Part shown: in pieces, positions 46,195-59,427 of the stretch
Numbering within the stretch: the stretch's first letter is position 1
How the letters are laid out: each line of letters begins with the position of its first letter
DNA from: Scyliorhinus canicula
Taxonomy: Eukaryota
Length of the DNA stretch: 64,000 nt
Reading direction: 5' to 3'
NCBI RefSeq assembly: GCF_902713615.1
Contig: NC_052161.1
Location: 86,840,236 to 86,904,235, forward strand
Translations under genes and position numbers: made by a program
Notes under the pieces: generated by a model
Databases searched by the model: none
What the model saw: only the letters and a program-made list of their open reading frames with translations
Told to the model about the DNA's origin: nothing

Positions 46195-46384
46195 AGGATG
46201 ATTTCCCGGAGGAATTCCTCAGACTCTCAAGGATATGGGTGGCTGTGTGATCATGGAATGATCAAAGGGGGGAATGAGAATGTGAAGCAAGGGTTAATAG
46301 CTAGAACAAGCCAGAATGAATGGGACACATTAGTGGAAAATTACAAATAAGGGAGTTGTTATTAAATTCGTGAGCCGACTCACG

Positions 46385-48040
46385 AAGGGTCTCTCTCCTG
46401 AAGGGTCACAGTTAATCTCTCTCTCCTGAAGAGACACAGTTAATCTCTCTCTCTCCTGAAGGGTAACAGTTAATCTCTCTCTCTCTCCTGACGAGACACA
46501 GTTAATCTCTCTCTCCTGAAGAGACACAGTTAATCTCTCTCTCCTGAAGGGACACAGTTAATCTCTCTCTCCTGAAGAGACACGGTTAATCTCTCTCTCT
46601 TGAAGAGACACAGTTAATCTCTCTCTTCTGAAGAGACACAGTTAATCTCTCTCTTCTGAAGGGACACAGTTAATCTCTCTCTCCTGAAGAGACACAGTTA
46701 ATCTCTCTCTTCTGAAGGGACACAGTTAATCTCTCTCTCCTGAAGAGACACAGTTAATCTCTCTCTTCTGAAGAGACACAGTTAATCTCTCTCTTCTGAA
46801 GGGACACAGTTAATCTCTCTCTCCTAAAGAGACACAGTTAATCTCTCTCTTCTGAAGGGACACAGTTAATCTCTCTCTCCTGAAGAGACACAGTTAATCT
46901 CTCTCTCCTGAAGAGACACAGTTAATCTCTCTCTCCTGAAGAGACACAGTTAATCTCTCTCTCCTGAAGGGACACAGATAATCTCTCTCTCCTGAAGGGT
47001 CACAGTTAATCTCTCTCTCTCCTGAAGATACACAGTTAATCTCTCTCTCTCTTGAAGGGACACAGTTAATCTCTCTCTTTCCTGAAGATACACAGTTAAT
47101 CTCTCTCTTTCCTGAAGGGTCACAGTTAATCTCTCTCTCTCCTGAAGATACACAGTTAATCTCTCTCTCTCCTGAAGGGACACAGTTGATCTCTCTCTCT
47201 TGAAGGGACACAGTTAATCTCTCTCTTTCCTGAAGAGACACAGTTAATCTCTCTCTTTCCTGAAGAGACACAGTTAATCTCTCTCTTTCCTGAAGAGACA
47301 CAGTTAATCTCTCTCTTTCCTGAAGAGACACAGTTAATCTCTCTCTTTCCTGAAGAGACACAGTTAATCTCTCTCTCTCCTGAAGAGACACAGTTAATCT
47401 CTCTCTCCTGAAGAGACAGTTAATCTCTCTCTCTCCTGAAGGGACACAGTTAATCTCTCTCTCCTGAAGGGACACAGTTAATCTCTCTCTCCTGAAGAGA
47501 CACAGTTAATCTCTCTCTCTTGAAGGGACACAGTTAATCTCTCTCTCTTTCCTGAAGAGACACAGTTAATCTCTCTCTCCTGAAGGGACACAGTTAATCT
47601 CTCTCTCTCCTGAAGGGACACAGTTAATCTCTCTCTCCTGAAGAGACACAGTTAATCTCTCTCTCTCCTGAAGGGACACAGTTAATCTCTCTCTCTCCTG
47701 AAGGGACACAGTTAATCTCTCTCTCTCCTGAAGAGACAGTTAATCTCTCTCTCTCTTGAAGAGACACAGTTAATCTCTCTCTCTCCTGAAGGGACACAGT
47801 TTATCTCTCTCTCTCCTGAAGGGACACAGTTAATCTCTCTCTCCTGAAGAGACAGTTAATCTCTCTCTCTCCTGAAGGGACACAGTTAATCTCTCTCTCC
47901 TGAAGAGACAGTTAATCTCTCTCTCTCCTGAAGGGACACAGTTAATCTCTCTGTCTCTCCTGAAGAGACACAGTTAATCTCTCTCTCTCCTGAAGAGACA
48001 CAGTTAATCTCTCTCTCTCCTGAAGAGACACAGTTAATCT
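46385..48040. repeat. ~28-32-bp satellite, right arm
   Basis: Same unit and orientation as 33270-35230. Confidence 0.95.
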
Positions 48041-51000
48041 TGCATACGTGCAGTGCAGTCAGCCTAATTTGAAGGTGGTTTGTGGAGGGGCTGTTGTCAA
48101 GTGACAGTTAAACCCGAAACACTTCGTTAGTGTTTCCCACCCTATCTCCTCCTCTAACCAAAAAAAAAACCACGGTTGTTGGGAAGCGGGAGCAGGGGCC
48201 TGTCGTGAAGGTGAGTGAGTGCCTTTAAATTTGCTTACCTTTCAGCGGCAGCAGGGTTTGAGGGAATATCAGGTAAGCTCTTCCTTTCTTTTTCTTTTTC
48301 TTGTTTTTTTTTAAATCTAGAGGTGATGTCAGGGAAGGCAGTACAATGCTCCTCCTGCAGAATGTTTGAGGTGAGGGACCTCACCGTAGCATGGTGGTTA
48401 GCATCAATGCTTCACAGCTCCAGGGTCCCAGGTTCGATTCCCGGCTGGGTCACTGTCTGTGTGGAGTCTGCACGTCCTCCCCGTGTGTGCGTGGGTTTCC
48501 TCCGGGTGCTCCGGTTTCCTCCCACAGTCCAAAGATGTGCGGGTTAGGTGAATTGGCCATACTAAATTGCCCGTAGTGTAAGGTTAATGGGGGGATTGTT
48601 GGGTTACGGGTATGTGGGTTTAAGTGGGGTTATCATTGCTCGGCACAACATCGAGGGCCGAAGGGCCTGTTCTGTGCTGTACTGTTCTATGTTCTATGTC
48701 AGTGTCCCTGCTGATTTCATCTGTGGGAAGTGCACCCAACTCCAGCTCCTCAAAAACCGTGTTAGGGAGCTTGAGCTGGATGAACTTCGGATCATTCGGG
48801 AGGCAGAGGGGGTCATAGATAGGAGCTTCAGGGAAGTAGTTACACCAAAGGCTGGAGATAGATGGGTAACTGTAAGAGGGACTGGGAAGAAGCAGTCAGT
48901 GCAGGGACCCCCTGCGGTCGTTCCCCTGAGTAACAAGTATACCGTTTTGGATACTTGTGGGGGGGGGGACTTACCAGGGGTAAGCCATGGGGTACGGGCC
49001 TCTGGCACGGAGTCTGTCCCTGTTGCTCAGAAGGGAAGGGGGGAAAGGAGTAGAACATTAGTAATTGGGGACTCAATAGTCAGGGGCACAGATAGGAGAT
49101 TTTGTGGGAGCGAGAGAGACTCACGTTTGGTATGTTGCCTCCCAGGTGCAAGGGTACGTGATGTCTCGGATCGTGTTTTCCGGGTCCTTAAGGGGGAGGG
49201 GGAGCAGCCCCAAGTCGTAGTCCACATTGGCACTAACGACATAGGTAGGAAAGGGGACAAGGATGTCAGGCAGGCCTTTAGGGACCTTGATGGAAGCTCA
49301 GAGCGAGAACAAACAGAGTTGTTATCTCTGGGTTGTTGCCCGTGCCACGTGATAGTGAGATGAGGAATAGGGAGAGAGAGCAATTAAACACGTGGCTACA
49401 GGGATGGTGCAGGCGGGAGGGATTCAGATTTCTGGATAACTGGGGCTCTTTCTGGGGAAGGTGGGACCTCTATAGACAGGATGGTCTACATCTGAACCTG
49501 AGGGGCACCAATATCCTGGGGGGGGAGATTTGTTAGTGCTCTTTGGGGGGGTTTAAACTAATTCAGCAGGGGCATGGGAACCTGGATTGTAGTTTTGGGG
49601 TACGGGAGATTGAGAGTATGGAGGTCAGGAGCACAGATTTGACTTCGCAGGAGGGTGCCAGTGTTCAGGTAGGTGGTTTGAAGTGTGTCTACTTCAATGC
49701 CAGGAGTATACGAAATAAGGTAGGGGAACTGGCAGCATGGGTTGGTACCTGGGACTTTGATGTTGTGGCCATTTCAGAGACATGGATAGAGCAGGGACAG
49801 GAATGGTTGTTGCAGGTTCCAGGGTTTAGGTGTTTTAGTAAGCTCAGAGAAGGGGGCAAAAGAGGGGGAGGTGTGGCGCTGCTAGTCAAGGACAGTATTA
49901 CGGTGGCGGAAAGGATGCTAGATGGGGACTCTTCTTCCAAGGTAGTATGGGCTGAGGTTAGAAACAGGAAAGGAGAGGTCACCCTGTTGGGAGTTTTAAG
50001 GATGTTCTAAGGATGTAGAGGAAAGGATAGCGAAGATGATTCTGGAAAAGAGCGAAAGTAACAGGGTAGTTGTTATGGGAGACTTTAACTTTCCAAATAT
50101 TGACTGGAAAAGATATAGTTCGAGTACATTAGATGGGTCGTTCTTTGTACAATGTGTGCAGGAGGGTTTCCTGACACAATATGTTGACAGGCCAACAAGA
50201 GGCGAGGCCACATTGGATTTGGTTTTGGGTAATGAACCAGGCCAGGTGTTAGATCTGGAGGTAGGTGAGCACTTTGGAAACAGTGACCACAATTCGGTGA
50301 CCTTTACGTTAGTGATGGAATTGGATAAGTATACCCCGCAGGGCAAGAGTTATAGCTGGGGGAAGGGCAATTATGATGCCATTAGACATGACTTAGGATG
50401 TGTAGGTTGGAGAAGTAGGCTGCAAGGGTTGGGCACACTGGATATGTGGAGCTTGTTCAAGGAACAGCTATTGCATGTTCTTGATAAGTACGTACCAGTC
50501 AGGCAGGGAGGAAGGGGTCGAGCGAGGGAACCGTGGTTTACCAAAGAAGTGGAATCTCTTGTTAAGAGGAAGAAGGAGGCCTATGTGAAGATGAGGCGTG
50601 AAGTTTCAGTTGGGGCGCTTGATAGTTACAAGGAAGCGAGGAAGGATCTAAAGAGAGAGCTAAGACGAGCAAGGAGGGGACATGAGAAGTCTTTGGCAGG
50701 TAGGATCAAGGAAAACCCAAAAGCTTTCTATAGGTATGTCAGGAATAAAAGAATGACTAGGGTAAGAGCAGGGCCAGTCAAGGACAGTGGTGGGAAGTTG
50801 TGTGTGGAGGCTGAGGAGATAAGCGAGATACTAAATGAATACTTTTCGTCAGTATTCACTCAGGAAAAAGATAATATTATGGAGGAGAATGCTGAGACCC
50901 AGGCTATTAGAATAGATGGCATTGAGGTGCGTAGGGAAGAGGTGTTGGCAATTCTGGACAAGGTGAAAATAGATAAGTCCCCGGGGCCTGATGGGATTTA

Positions 51001-52349
51001 TCCTAGGATTCTCTGGGAAGCCAGGGAAGAGATTGCTGAGCCTTTGGCTTTGATTTTTAGGTCATCATTGGCTACAGGAATAGTGCCAGAGGACTGGAGG
51101 ATAGCAAATGTGGTCCCTTTGTTCAAGAAGGGGAGTAGAGATAACCCCGGTAACTATAGGCCGGTGAGCCTAACGTCTGTGGTGGGTAAAGTCTTGGAGA
51201 GGATTATAAAAGATACGATTTATAATCATCTAGATAGGAATAATATGATTAGGGAAAGTCAGCATGGTTTTGTGAAGGGTAGGTCATGCCTCACAAACCT
51301 TATCGAGTTCTTTGAGAAGGTGACTGAACAGGTAGACAAGGGTAGAGCAGTTGATGTGGTGTATATGGATTTCAGTAAAGCGTTTGATAAGGTTCCCCAC
51401 GGTCGGCTATTGCAGAAAATACGGAGGCTGGGGATTGAGGGTGATTTAGAGATGTGGATCAGAAATTGGCTAGTTGAAAGAAGACAGAAAGTGGTAGTTG
51501 ATGGAAAATGTTCAGAATGGAGTTCAGTTACGAGTGGCGTACCACAAGGATCTGTTCTGGGGCCGTTGCTGTTTGTCATTTTTATAAATGACCTAGAGGA
51601 GGGCGCAGAAGGATGGGTGAGTAAATTTGCAGACGACACTAAAGTCGGTGGAGTTGTAGACAGTGCGGAAGGATGTTGCAGGTTACAGAGGGACATAGAT
51701 AAGCTGCAGAGCTGGGCTGAGAGGTGGCAAATGGAGTTTAATGTGGAGAAGTGTGAGGTGATTCACTTTGGAAAGAATAACAGGAATGCGGAATATTTGG
51801 CTAATGGTAAAATTCTTGGTAGTGTGGATGAGCAGAGGGATCTCGGTGTCCATGTACATAGATCCCTGAAAGTTGCCACCCAGGTTGATAGGGTTGTGAA
51901 GAAGGCCTATGGTGTGTTGGCCTTTATTGGTAGAGGGATTGAGTTCCGGAGCCATGAGGTCATGTTGCAGCTGTGCAAAACTCTGGTACGGCCGCATTTG
52001 GAGTATTGCGTACAGTTCTGGTCGCCTCATTATAGGAAGGACGTGGAAGCTTTGGAACGTGTGCAGAGGAGATTTACCAGGATGTTGCCTGGTATGGAGG
52101 GAAAATCTTATGAGGAAAGGCTGATGCACTTGAGGTTGTTTTCGTTAGAGAGAAGAAGGTTAAGAGGTGACTTAATAGAGGCATACAAAATGATCAGAGG
52201 GTTAGATAGGGTGGACAATGCGAGCCTTCTCCCGCGGATGGAGGTGGCCAGCACGAGGGGACATAGCCTTAAATTGAGGGGTAATAGATATAGGACAGAG
52301 GTCAGAGGTAGGTTTTTTACGCAAAGAGTGGTGAGGCCGTGGAATGCCC
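48041..52349 (+). mobile_element. Near full-length CR1 LINE (5'UTR, ORF1 from 48326, ORF2), interrupted by a SINE and by ERV-B
   Basis: ORF1 has CSSC..CGKC, a coiled region and a GDS esterase. ORF2 has APE plus an intact RT ORF (50036 onward). It stops at ..RPWNA where the ERV-B LTR begins. Confidence 0.92.
48375..48699 (+). mobile_element. HE1-like V-SINE inserted in CR1 ORF1
   Basis: Head, V-domain and a (TTCTATG)n tail split ORF1 between FEVRD and VSVPADFICGKC. Confidence 0.9.
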
Positions 52350-53016
52350 TGTGGAAGTGGATTTCATTTTGTTATAACTTTGCTGCTATGTTTAATATCG
52401 AAGTTCCGAAAAGCTCTGTGAAAGAGATGTCAAAAGGTCAGGGGACTGGAATGAAAGGAAGCATGACTTTACTATAATCAAGGTTCTGAAAAGCATCTGT
52501 GAAAGCAGAGATGTCAAAAGGTCAAGGGAATGGAATGTAAGGAAGCGTGACTTTACTGCAGAGACAGCGAAACTAAGCTTGTTTGACCAACTGAAACAAT
52601 AAGCATTGAAATGTAAAGGCAACTGGCTCTGGAGTAAGTGAAGGGAGAAGATGAGGAAGTTGGGCCAGATGGCCATGGGATAAGAGAAACCTTTGTAACA
52701 GCATTAATAGTGACCTGTGTTAATGATTATGTCAAAAATAACCTCCCGACCTCGAAGAAGAATAATTCCATATAAGTACATGTTCTGGATCCTTGCCAAA
52801 TCATTGGTGTATCTAGGAATTTAAGGGGACCACCCCTAAGCTGTGAAATGTATAAAGATACAGTCCTTATTCTGGGACTTTGGCACTTCTCGAAGGTGGT
52901 TACCCGACTGCTTAGAGATTTGTCCCGGCCGTGAATAAACGAATATTCGTTACTGACGTGTTCGAGTGTTTTACTTCTGGACTGACGAACGGTTATGTGA
53001 AAGCGCAATTCACATT

Positions 53017-53034
53017 TGGTGGCAGCGGTGGGAT
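53017..53034 (+). promoter_or_regulatory. Primer-binding site, tRNA-Leu
   Basis: TGGTGGCAGCGGTGGGAT, 2 nt after the LTR end. Confidence 0.9.
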
Positions 53035-53475
53035 CTCCAGAGGTGTCTGCGCTACCCAACCGGCGTAATCGACTGAGCTCGTTCAAAGTAGAGGACGAAT
53101 TTGGCCCCCAACGTGAGTAAAATTTCTTTTCCACCTTGGTATTCGCCTACTACTAGTTTGATCGTTGCTCAGCCTTGCCGTTGGTTTGTCGAGAAGCCTC
53201 TGCGAGATCCAGGTCAGTCCAGCGTACCCGTTTTAAAGAGGGTAAGTGAGTGACGCCTGCGGTTATCGTCACTAGGGGCGGTCTGGGACTGCCGCCATAA
53301 TTCCGGGCTGTGTTCTCTAGAATTTACGGGCGGGGTTCTCGGGGCCGCTAGGAGACGACTCCGGGCTGTGGGCTCCGGACGGGACTGCCGCCGTAATTCC
53401 GGGCTGTGTTCTCTAGAATTTTCGGGCAGTGTTCTCAGGACTACTAGGAAACGAGAGTGGAATTAGAATTCCACC

Positions 53476-55466
53476 ATGGGTAATACAGTAGATACTTGTG
53501 ATGACCCGGGCAGTGCGCTCCAGACTCTCTGTGAACAATACCCCAAACACTCAAAGCAACTCCGACAATTGTCTGGGGCCCTCCATAAAAACCTAGGCAA
53601 GGATAAATGGCCTCTGGGGGGACCTAAAGACTTGGGTCCTGTCCTAGAGGCCCAACAGGTGATCTGGAAAACCAATCGCGGTTCCACCTCAAAGAAATTA
53701 ATTGCTTTATGGAGGGAATACTGTCAGTCAGTGAAAGATGCATCTACACTGGCTAGCTGGCAGGCTAATGCCTCGAAATTGGGCATTGGCCTCACCAAAG
53801 GGGGAATTGTTAAAACAGTAGAGGTCTTAAAAAGGAATGTAAAGAATGAAAGAATGCTACTCCTACCCCGGCGCCGGTCAGCAATGCGAAGCAAGGTTGG
53901 GAGGACGGGGACGATGGGGATGAGGAACATCTGTTCCATTGTGGGGGACGTCGGAAGCCTCCACAGCCACCACAGCCGCCGCCTCTACCACCCCTCCCTA
54001 ATGCACCGATCCAATTTATTATACCCCTCCCAAGTCAGAATCCACCACCTTATGCACCACCGCCGCCCCAACCAGCATATCAACCCCCGGCCATGAGTAC
54101 AAGGTCGAGAACAAGGGGAGGAGGGGGACCATTCACGCAATTGGTCCAGTTGAAGGAACAAGTGGGAGAACAATTAGACAGTCTTTTCCAAAATCTGGAT
54201 AAGGACGAGGATTTCCCTCCTCCTCTTCCACCAGCCCTCGACCATCCCTTACCCCCACCACGACAGATGCCAATGCGCCAGGTGCCAAATCCTACCTATG
54301 ACCCTGTTACTGCCGTGGGCAACCCTAATGCTGAACGTACCATGAATATTTATGTCCCGTGGAAACCCAATGAGATTATGTCCATACTAGCTGGAATACC
54401 AAATCGAAAAGAGTCCCCTGCTGCCTTTGTTGACCAACTCCAATGTACAATTCGTGTATATGAGGCCGAAGCACGGGACTTATGGGCCTTGGTCCAGCAG
54501 GTCTTGCGCCCAGAAGAACACGTTCGCTTCTGCAATGTCTTACAACAGCAGGATCCTACTATTACCCTCCCTGTGTCTTTAGTGGCCCTTAACGTGCTCC
54601 ACCAGGCGGACCGGCAACGCCAAGATGCAATTTTTGCTGCATTAAACACTACCCTTCAAAAGCCTGTAGATATTACTAAAATGCTTGAGACCAAACCCCG
54701 CAAGGATGAGGAAGCCGACACCTTTTTAGAGCGTTTTAATGAGTCCTAGCGTAATCAGGCCGGAGACACTAATTACCGTGCTGGCAACAACAGCCCACAG
54801 TATTGTGCCATGGTCTTGAGCTGCCTGCCCATCTCCTTATCAGATGCGATTAAGACTAACAATATGGATTGGTCCGATAATAGTCCCACCCAAATGGCAC
54901 GAGCTGTGAGGTACTACTGGAAAAACGGCTCACCTGAGACTACGTCTAAAGCAACCCCTAAAATTAAAACTGTGTATGTCCTTAGAAAAGACGTCCAGGA
55001 GGTACCAATACCCTCTCGGGCGCCTGATAACACGGGCTGCCAGGTGGAACCTCAATGCCGCGCCCCTGGTTGGGTGACCCCACAAGGTGGAGGATACACC
55101 TCCCATCCAAACGGGCCCCAAGCACCGCTCTATGGCCCTCCGTATGCCCCCCCGGGAGCAGCGTCGGCCTATGCACCACCCCCACCTTATTCTTATGCCA
55201 CACCCTACCAACACCCCTCCCATCCCCCACCACCCTATTATCCACCGATGCCGACCCAGGTAGCACTTACCCCCACACAACCACCACAACATGCAAGGCT
55301 CTGTTATAGTTGTGGTCAGCCAGGACATTATGCTCGTAACTGTTACACGCACCCTAACCGCGGCAGAGGGGGTCGTGGAGGGGGAGGACGGGGCAGAGGA
55401 GCGCCCGCAGTGGCTGCTCCAGTCACTACTCCGTTCACTCAGAATAACCCCTTCCAACAATACTGA
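53476..55466 (+). pseudogene. gag: ERV-B gag (frameshift ~53830, internal stops)
   Basis: N-terminal MG, PPPY late-domain motifs, capsid (YVPWKPNEI), CYSCGQPGHYARNC knuckle. Ends in TGA, in frame with pro-pol. Confidence 0.9.
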
Positions 55467-58400
55467 TTGTCGATGTTGCCTTCTCGTTTAACCTCCCCTG
55501 ACTCTGAGCCTGTTCTCTCTTTAACCATTTATGGTCACTCCTATCCGTTTCTCATAGACACGGGGGCTACCATGTCTTCCGTACAGTCTCACCTCAACCT
55601 TCCCCTCTCATAAGCGACCCAACAACTATCTGGTTTCCAGGGACAGGTAGCTAGTTATCCCATTTCTTTCCCTGTGCCCGTTTCCTTCCAGGGCTACACC
55701 CTACAGCACCGATTTATTGTTACAACCGGACTAGATTGTAATCTACTGGCCCGAGACCTTCTCTGTGCCTTTGGAATACATCTCGAATGTGGGGATAACG
55801 GGATCACTGTCCATTCGCCCAGCATACCACGCCAGTTGATCACTCATGTGCACCCGCAATGGTGGGCACTTCATTTGATGCCTGAGCGGTTGTTCCACGT
55901 CACGCTGGCCTACGATTCGACCGGAGCCGACGAGGGCCTGGTCGACTCTTACAGCCCTCACCTTGAACAGGAATTCTCAGTCACCCTTTTTGCTTCTGTG
56001 AGCAGGCCCCAAGGGACTGCGGATGCGGCGCAAGTGCCTACCTGGCTATGGCACCAAGATGGGTACACCGCCCCGCATGTCACCCGCCATGTCCACTACC
56101 CCCACCATGCCAAGGATCTAGGGCCAATGGTCCGACAGGCGTTGGACCAGTCTGACCCCTCTCTTCTGGAACCCCAACTCCTCCCTGGCGGTCTCACCAT
56201 TACATACATGTCACAACCAGCTACATCCCAGTCCATTCTTTTACACCATCGCGCCCGGACCGATGCGACTGTTTCTCCCCACGTATGGGCTGCGGATAAG
56301 TTTGATGTTGGTCTCGTCCCTACCCAGCCTATCACTATTCCTCTCCTCCCCGATGTTCAGCTCCCCTCGATCCGACAATATCCCATTAAGGCCCAAGCTC
56401 GCCACTCCATCGATGCACTCATAGCTAAACTTCTCGACCAGGGTATCCTGGTTCCTTGTCAGTCTCCGTGCAATACCCCCATCCTAGCGGTGCCCAAACC
56501 TGGGAAACCAGATCAGTACCGCCTCGTCCAGGACTTACGTGCTATCAATTCTATTGTCCAGCCTCTCCACGCCCTTGTTCCTAACCCTGCGCATATTCTA
56601 GCCCAGGTTCCTGCAGACGCACTATTCTTCTCCCTTGTAGACCTCCAGCATGCCTTTTTCGCTCTGCCACTCGATCCATCATGCCAATATCTTTTTGCAT
56701 TCACTTATAATGGCCAACAGTATACTTGGATACGTTTGCCTCAAGGTTTCATTCACTCTCCCACTCTTTTCTCCCGCTGTCTCCAACACCAACTACAATT
56801 CCTCTCCTTCTTCCGAGGCTCCACTCTTGTTCAGTACGTCGACGATCTCTTGATCGCTAACCCTACTGAGGGGGGATGTCGGGCCGACACTCAACTTTTA
56901 CTCAATTTTCTGGCTTCCCTTGGTTACATTGTCTCTCCCTCGAAAGTTATGATTGCTCAACCTACTGTTAAGTTCCTAGGTGTTAGGATATCTGCCACCT
57001 CTCGTTCCTTAGATCCAGACCGGATCCGCCCTATCTGCGATTTCCCACCCCCAACGACGGCCAAGCAGCTCCGTCAGTGGCTGGGCATGGTCAATTATTG
57101 CCGTCAGTGGATCCCGAATATTACTCTGGATTCCCGCCTCCTTACCCCCTACACCAATGAACCCGGTACTTTTTCCTTTTCCCCGGAAGCCGCACTGGCC
57201 TTTAACCGCCTCAAGGAGGCACTCCTCCAGGCCCCTGCCCTTGGTCGACCCTTATATGATCGCCCTTTTCAGCTCTATTGCACGGTCCTTGCCGACTGCG
57301 CCACAGCTGTCCTGACCCAACGCCACGGCGACCGCTGTCGCCCGGTTGCATACTACTCCTCTAAACTCGATCCGGTGGCCCTTGGCTATCCTATCTGTAC
57401 CCAAATTCTTGCAGCTATCTACAACAGCCTGCAATCGGCTGCTAATATTACCCTCCAACAAGATATCACTGTCTATAGTTCCCATTCCGTTACAGCTCTT
57501 TTGGGACAGCTACAGACTCAGCATCTCACGATGGCTCGTCAGAATAGATATGAGATTGCTCTCCTTAATAACCCGAAGGTCCAGTTTGCCCACTGCACCA
57601 CTATCAACCCTGCTAACTTTTTGACGTATCCTCCCACGGACATGCTCGACCGAACTCATGACTGTCTGCAACTGTTGCGAGAAGTCTCCTCGGTCCGAGA
57701 CGACCTCTCCGATATACCCCTCCCAAGTGCAGATTGTTCCTTTTTCACCGATGGAAGTTCTTCCATCGGCGAAAGGGGGGATAGACAATCTGGCTATGCA
57801 ATCATCGATCAAGACGGTGACGTAGTAGAAGCAGCAGCATTTGAAGTTCCCTTTTCTGCCCAACAAGCAGAATTATTTGCGTTAATACGAGCATGCATAT
57901 TGGCAAAGGGAAGGAAGGTTAATATTTATACGGATTCCCGATACGCCTTCGGGGTAGTACATGATTTCGGGCAATTATGGAAAAACAGAGGATTTCTAAC
58001 CTCTGCTGGTACACCCATCTCACACCAGCAGTTAGTAACACAGTTATTGCAGGCCCTTATGCTCCCAGACAAGATAGCGGTGGTAAAATGCGCAGCGCAT
58101 ACAAAAGGCACGGAACTGGTGGAAACGGGCAACAGGAGAGCGGACGAGAAGGCAAAAGAAATTTCTAAATCTGGCAAACTAATGGTGCCTAGAATGATGA
58201 GGCAGACTAAAACCCCCCCGGAAAAGTCTCCCTCTGAAAAACCTATGCCAACCATTGCTGACATAATCCAAATGCAGGAGGACGCTCCTGCAACTGCTGT
58301 AAATATGTGGAAAAACTTAGGATGTATGATAATGAAAATAAGCTGTGGGTCACCCCGGTAGGACAAACATGTATGACCGATGCATTAGCAGCCTGGGTGA

Positions 58401-59383
58401 CCGAATGTGTACACTTTGCAACTCACTGTGGAGCTCGTGCCACAGGGGACATATTGTTAAAAAGCTGGTGGCACCCACGACTGCAGGAGATGGCCCAACA
58501 AATTAGCAGTCGGTGCCTAATCTGTCAACAGCACAACCCCGGTAAGGCCGTCCCCTGTGATCTTGGCACAACCCCCTTACCTGAGGGTCCATTTGAGACC
58601 CTACAAATGGATTACATTGAGTTGGAAAGATGTCAATGCTATAAATATGTGTTAGTCATTGTGGACACTTTTAGCAAATGGATCGAGGCCTACCCGACTA
58701 CGGATAACAAGGCCTCGACAGTAGTTAAGGTGTTAATGCGAGAAATTGTTCCGCGATTTGGAATTCCAGCCCGGCTGAGCTCTGACAATGGTCCACACTT
58801 CATAGGTCAAATCAATAAGGAATTCTGTGCTCTGCTTGGAATAAAGCAACAGTTTCATTGTGCCTACAGACCACAAGCCGCTGGAGTGGTGGAAAGGGCT
58901 AATCAGACTCTAAAGACTAAACTCGCTAAACTACAAGCAGACACTGGGGCCACTTGGCTCAAACTCCTGCCTTTAGCACTCTTCCAGCTACGTGCCACCC
59001 CTGCAGGAAAAACCCGCCTAAGCCCAGCGGAAATACTATATGGCAGACCCTTTCGAACGCCTTGGGACAGCAGTGTTCCACGGAATGTTCAATTCCATTA
59101 CATGACTACTGAGATGACTAATTATATATTAACACTAACTAGAATTTTGAAAGGATTACATTCCCGGGTCCGTGCCACCCAGGAAGAAGTCCCATCCATT
59201 ACTCATGACATCTCCATCAACCCTGGGGATTATGTCCTAATTCGAAATTGGACACGTAAAGGTTTGGAACCGCGATGGGATGGTCCCCTAAAGGTTCTAC
59301 TCACTACCCCCACTGCAGTAAAAGTGGAGGGACGAAACGCATGGGTACATATGCACCATTGTAAGTTAATTAAGTATCCATGA
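55467..59383 (+). pseudogene. pol: ERV-B pro-pol (PR, 2H-like insert, RT, tether, RNase H, IN); stop ~55610 and frameshift ~58325
   Basis: LIDTGA, LPQGFIHSP, YVDDLL, FTDGS, HFATH..CLIC, QMDY..SDNG..VERAN. Confidence 0.92.
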
Positions 59384-59427
59384 TGTTCTAAACTTTTCCT
59401 TTAAGTCTTAGGAACACGAGTACCAGG

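Larger units (their letters stand above)
35232..46385 (+). mobile_element. ERV-A: heavily disrupted epsilon/gamma-type provirus
   Basis: 5' LTR 35232-35749, PBS, gag N-terminus at 40290, RNase H-IN at 43113-45120, env 45196-46194, PPT AAAGGGGGGAA and a 3' LTR start at 46275 that matches 35232. Confidence 0.9.

Noticed and set aside
33257-47475. SLQERERLTV / EREINC repeat ORFs
   Set aside because: Read-through of the ~30-bp satellite, not protein-coding.
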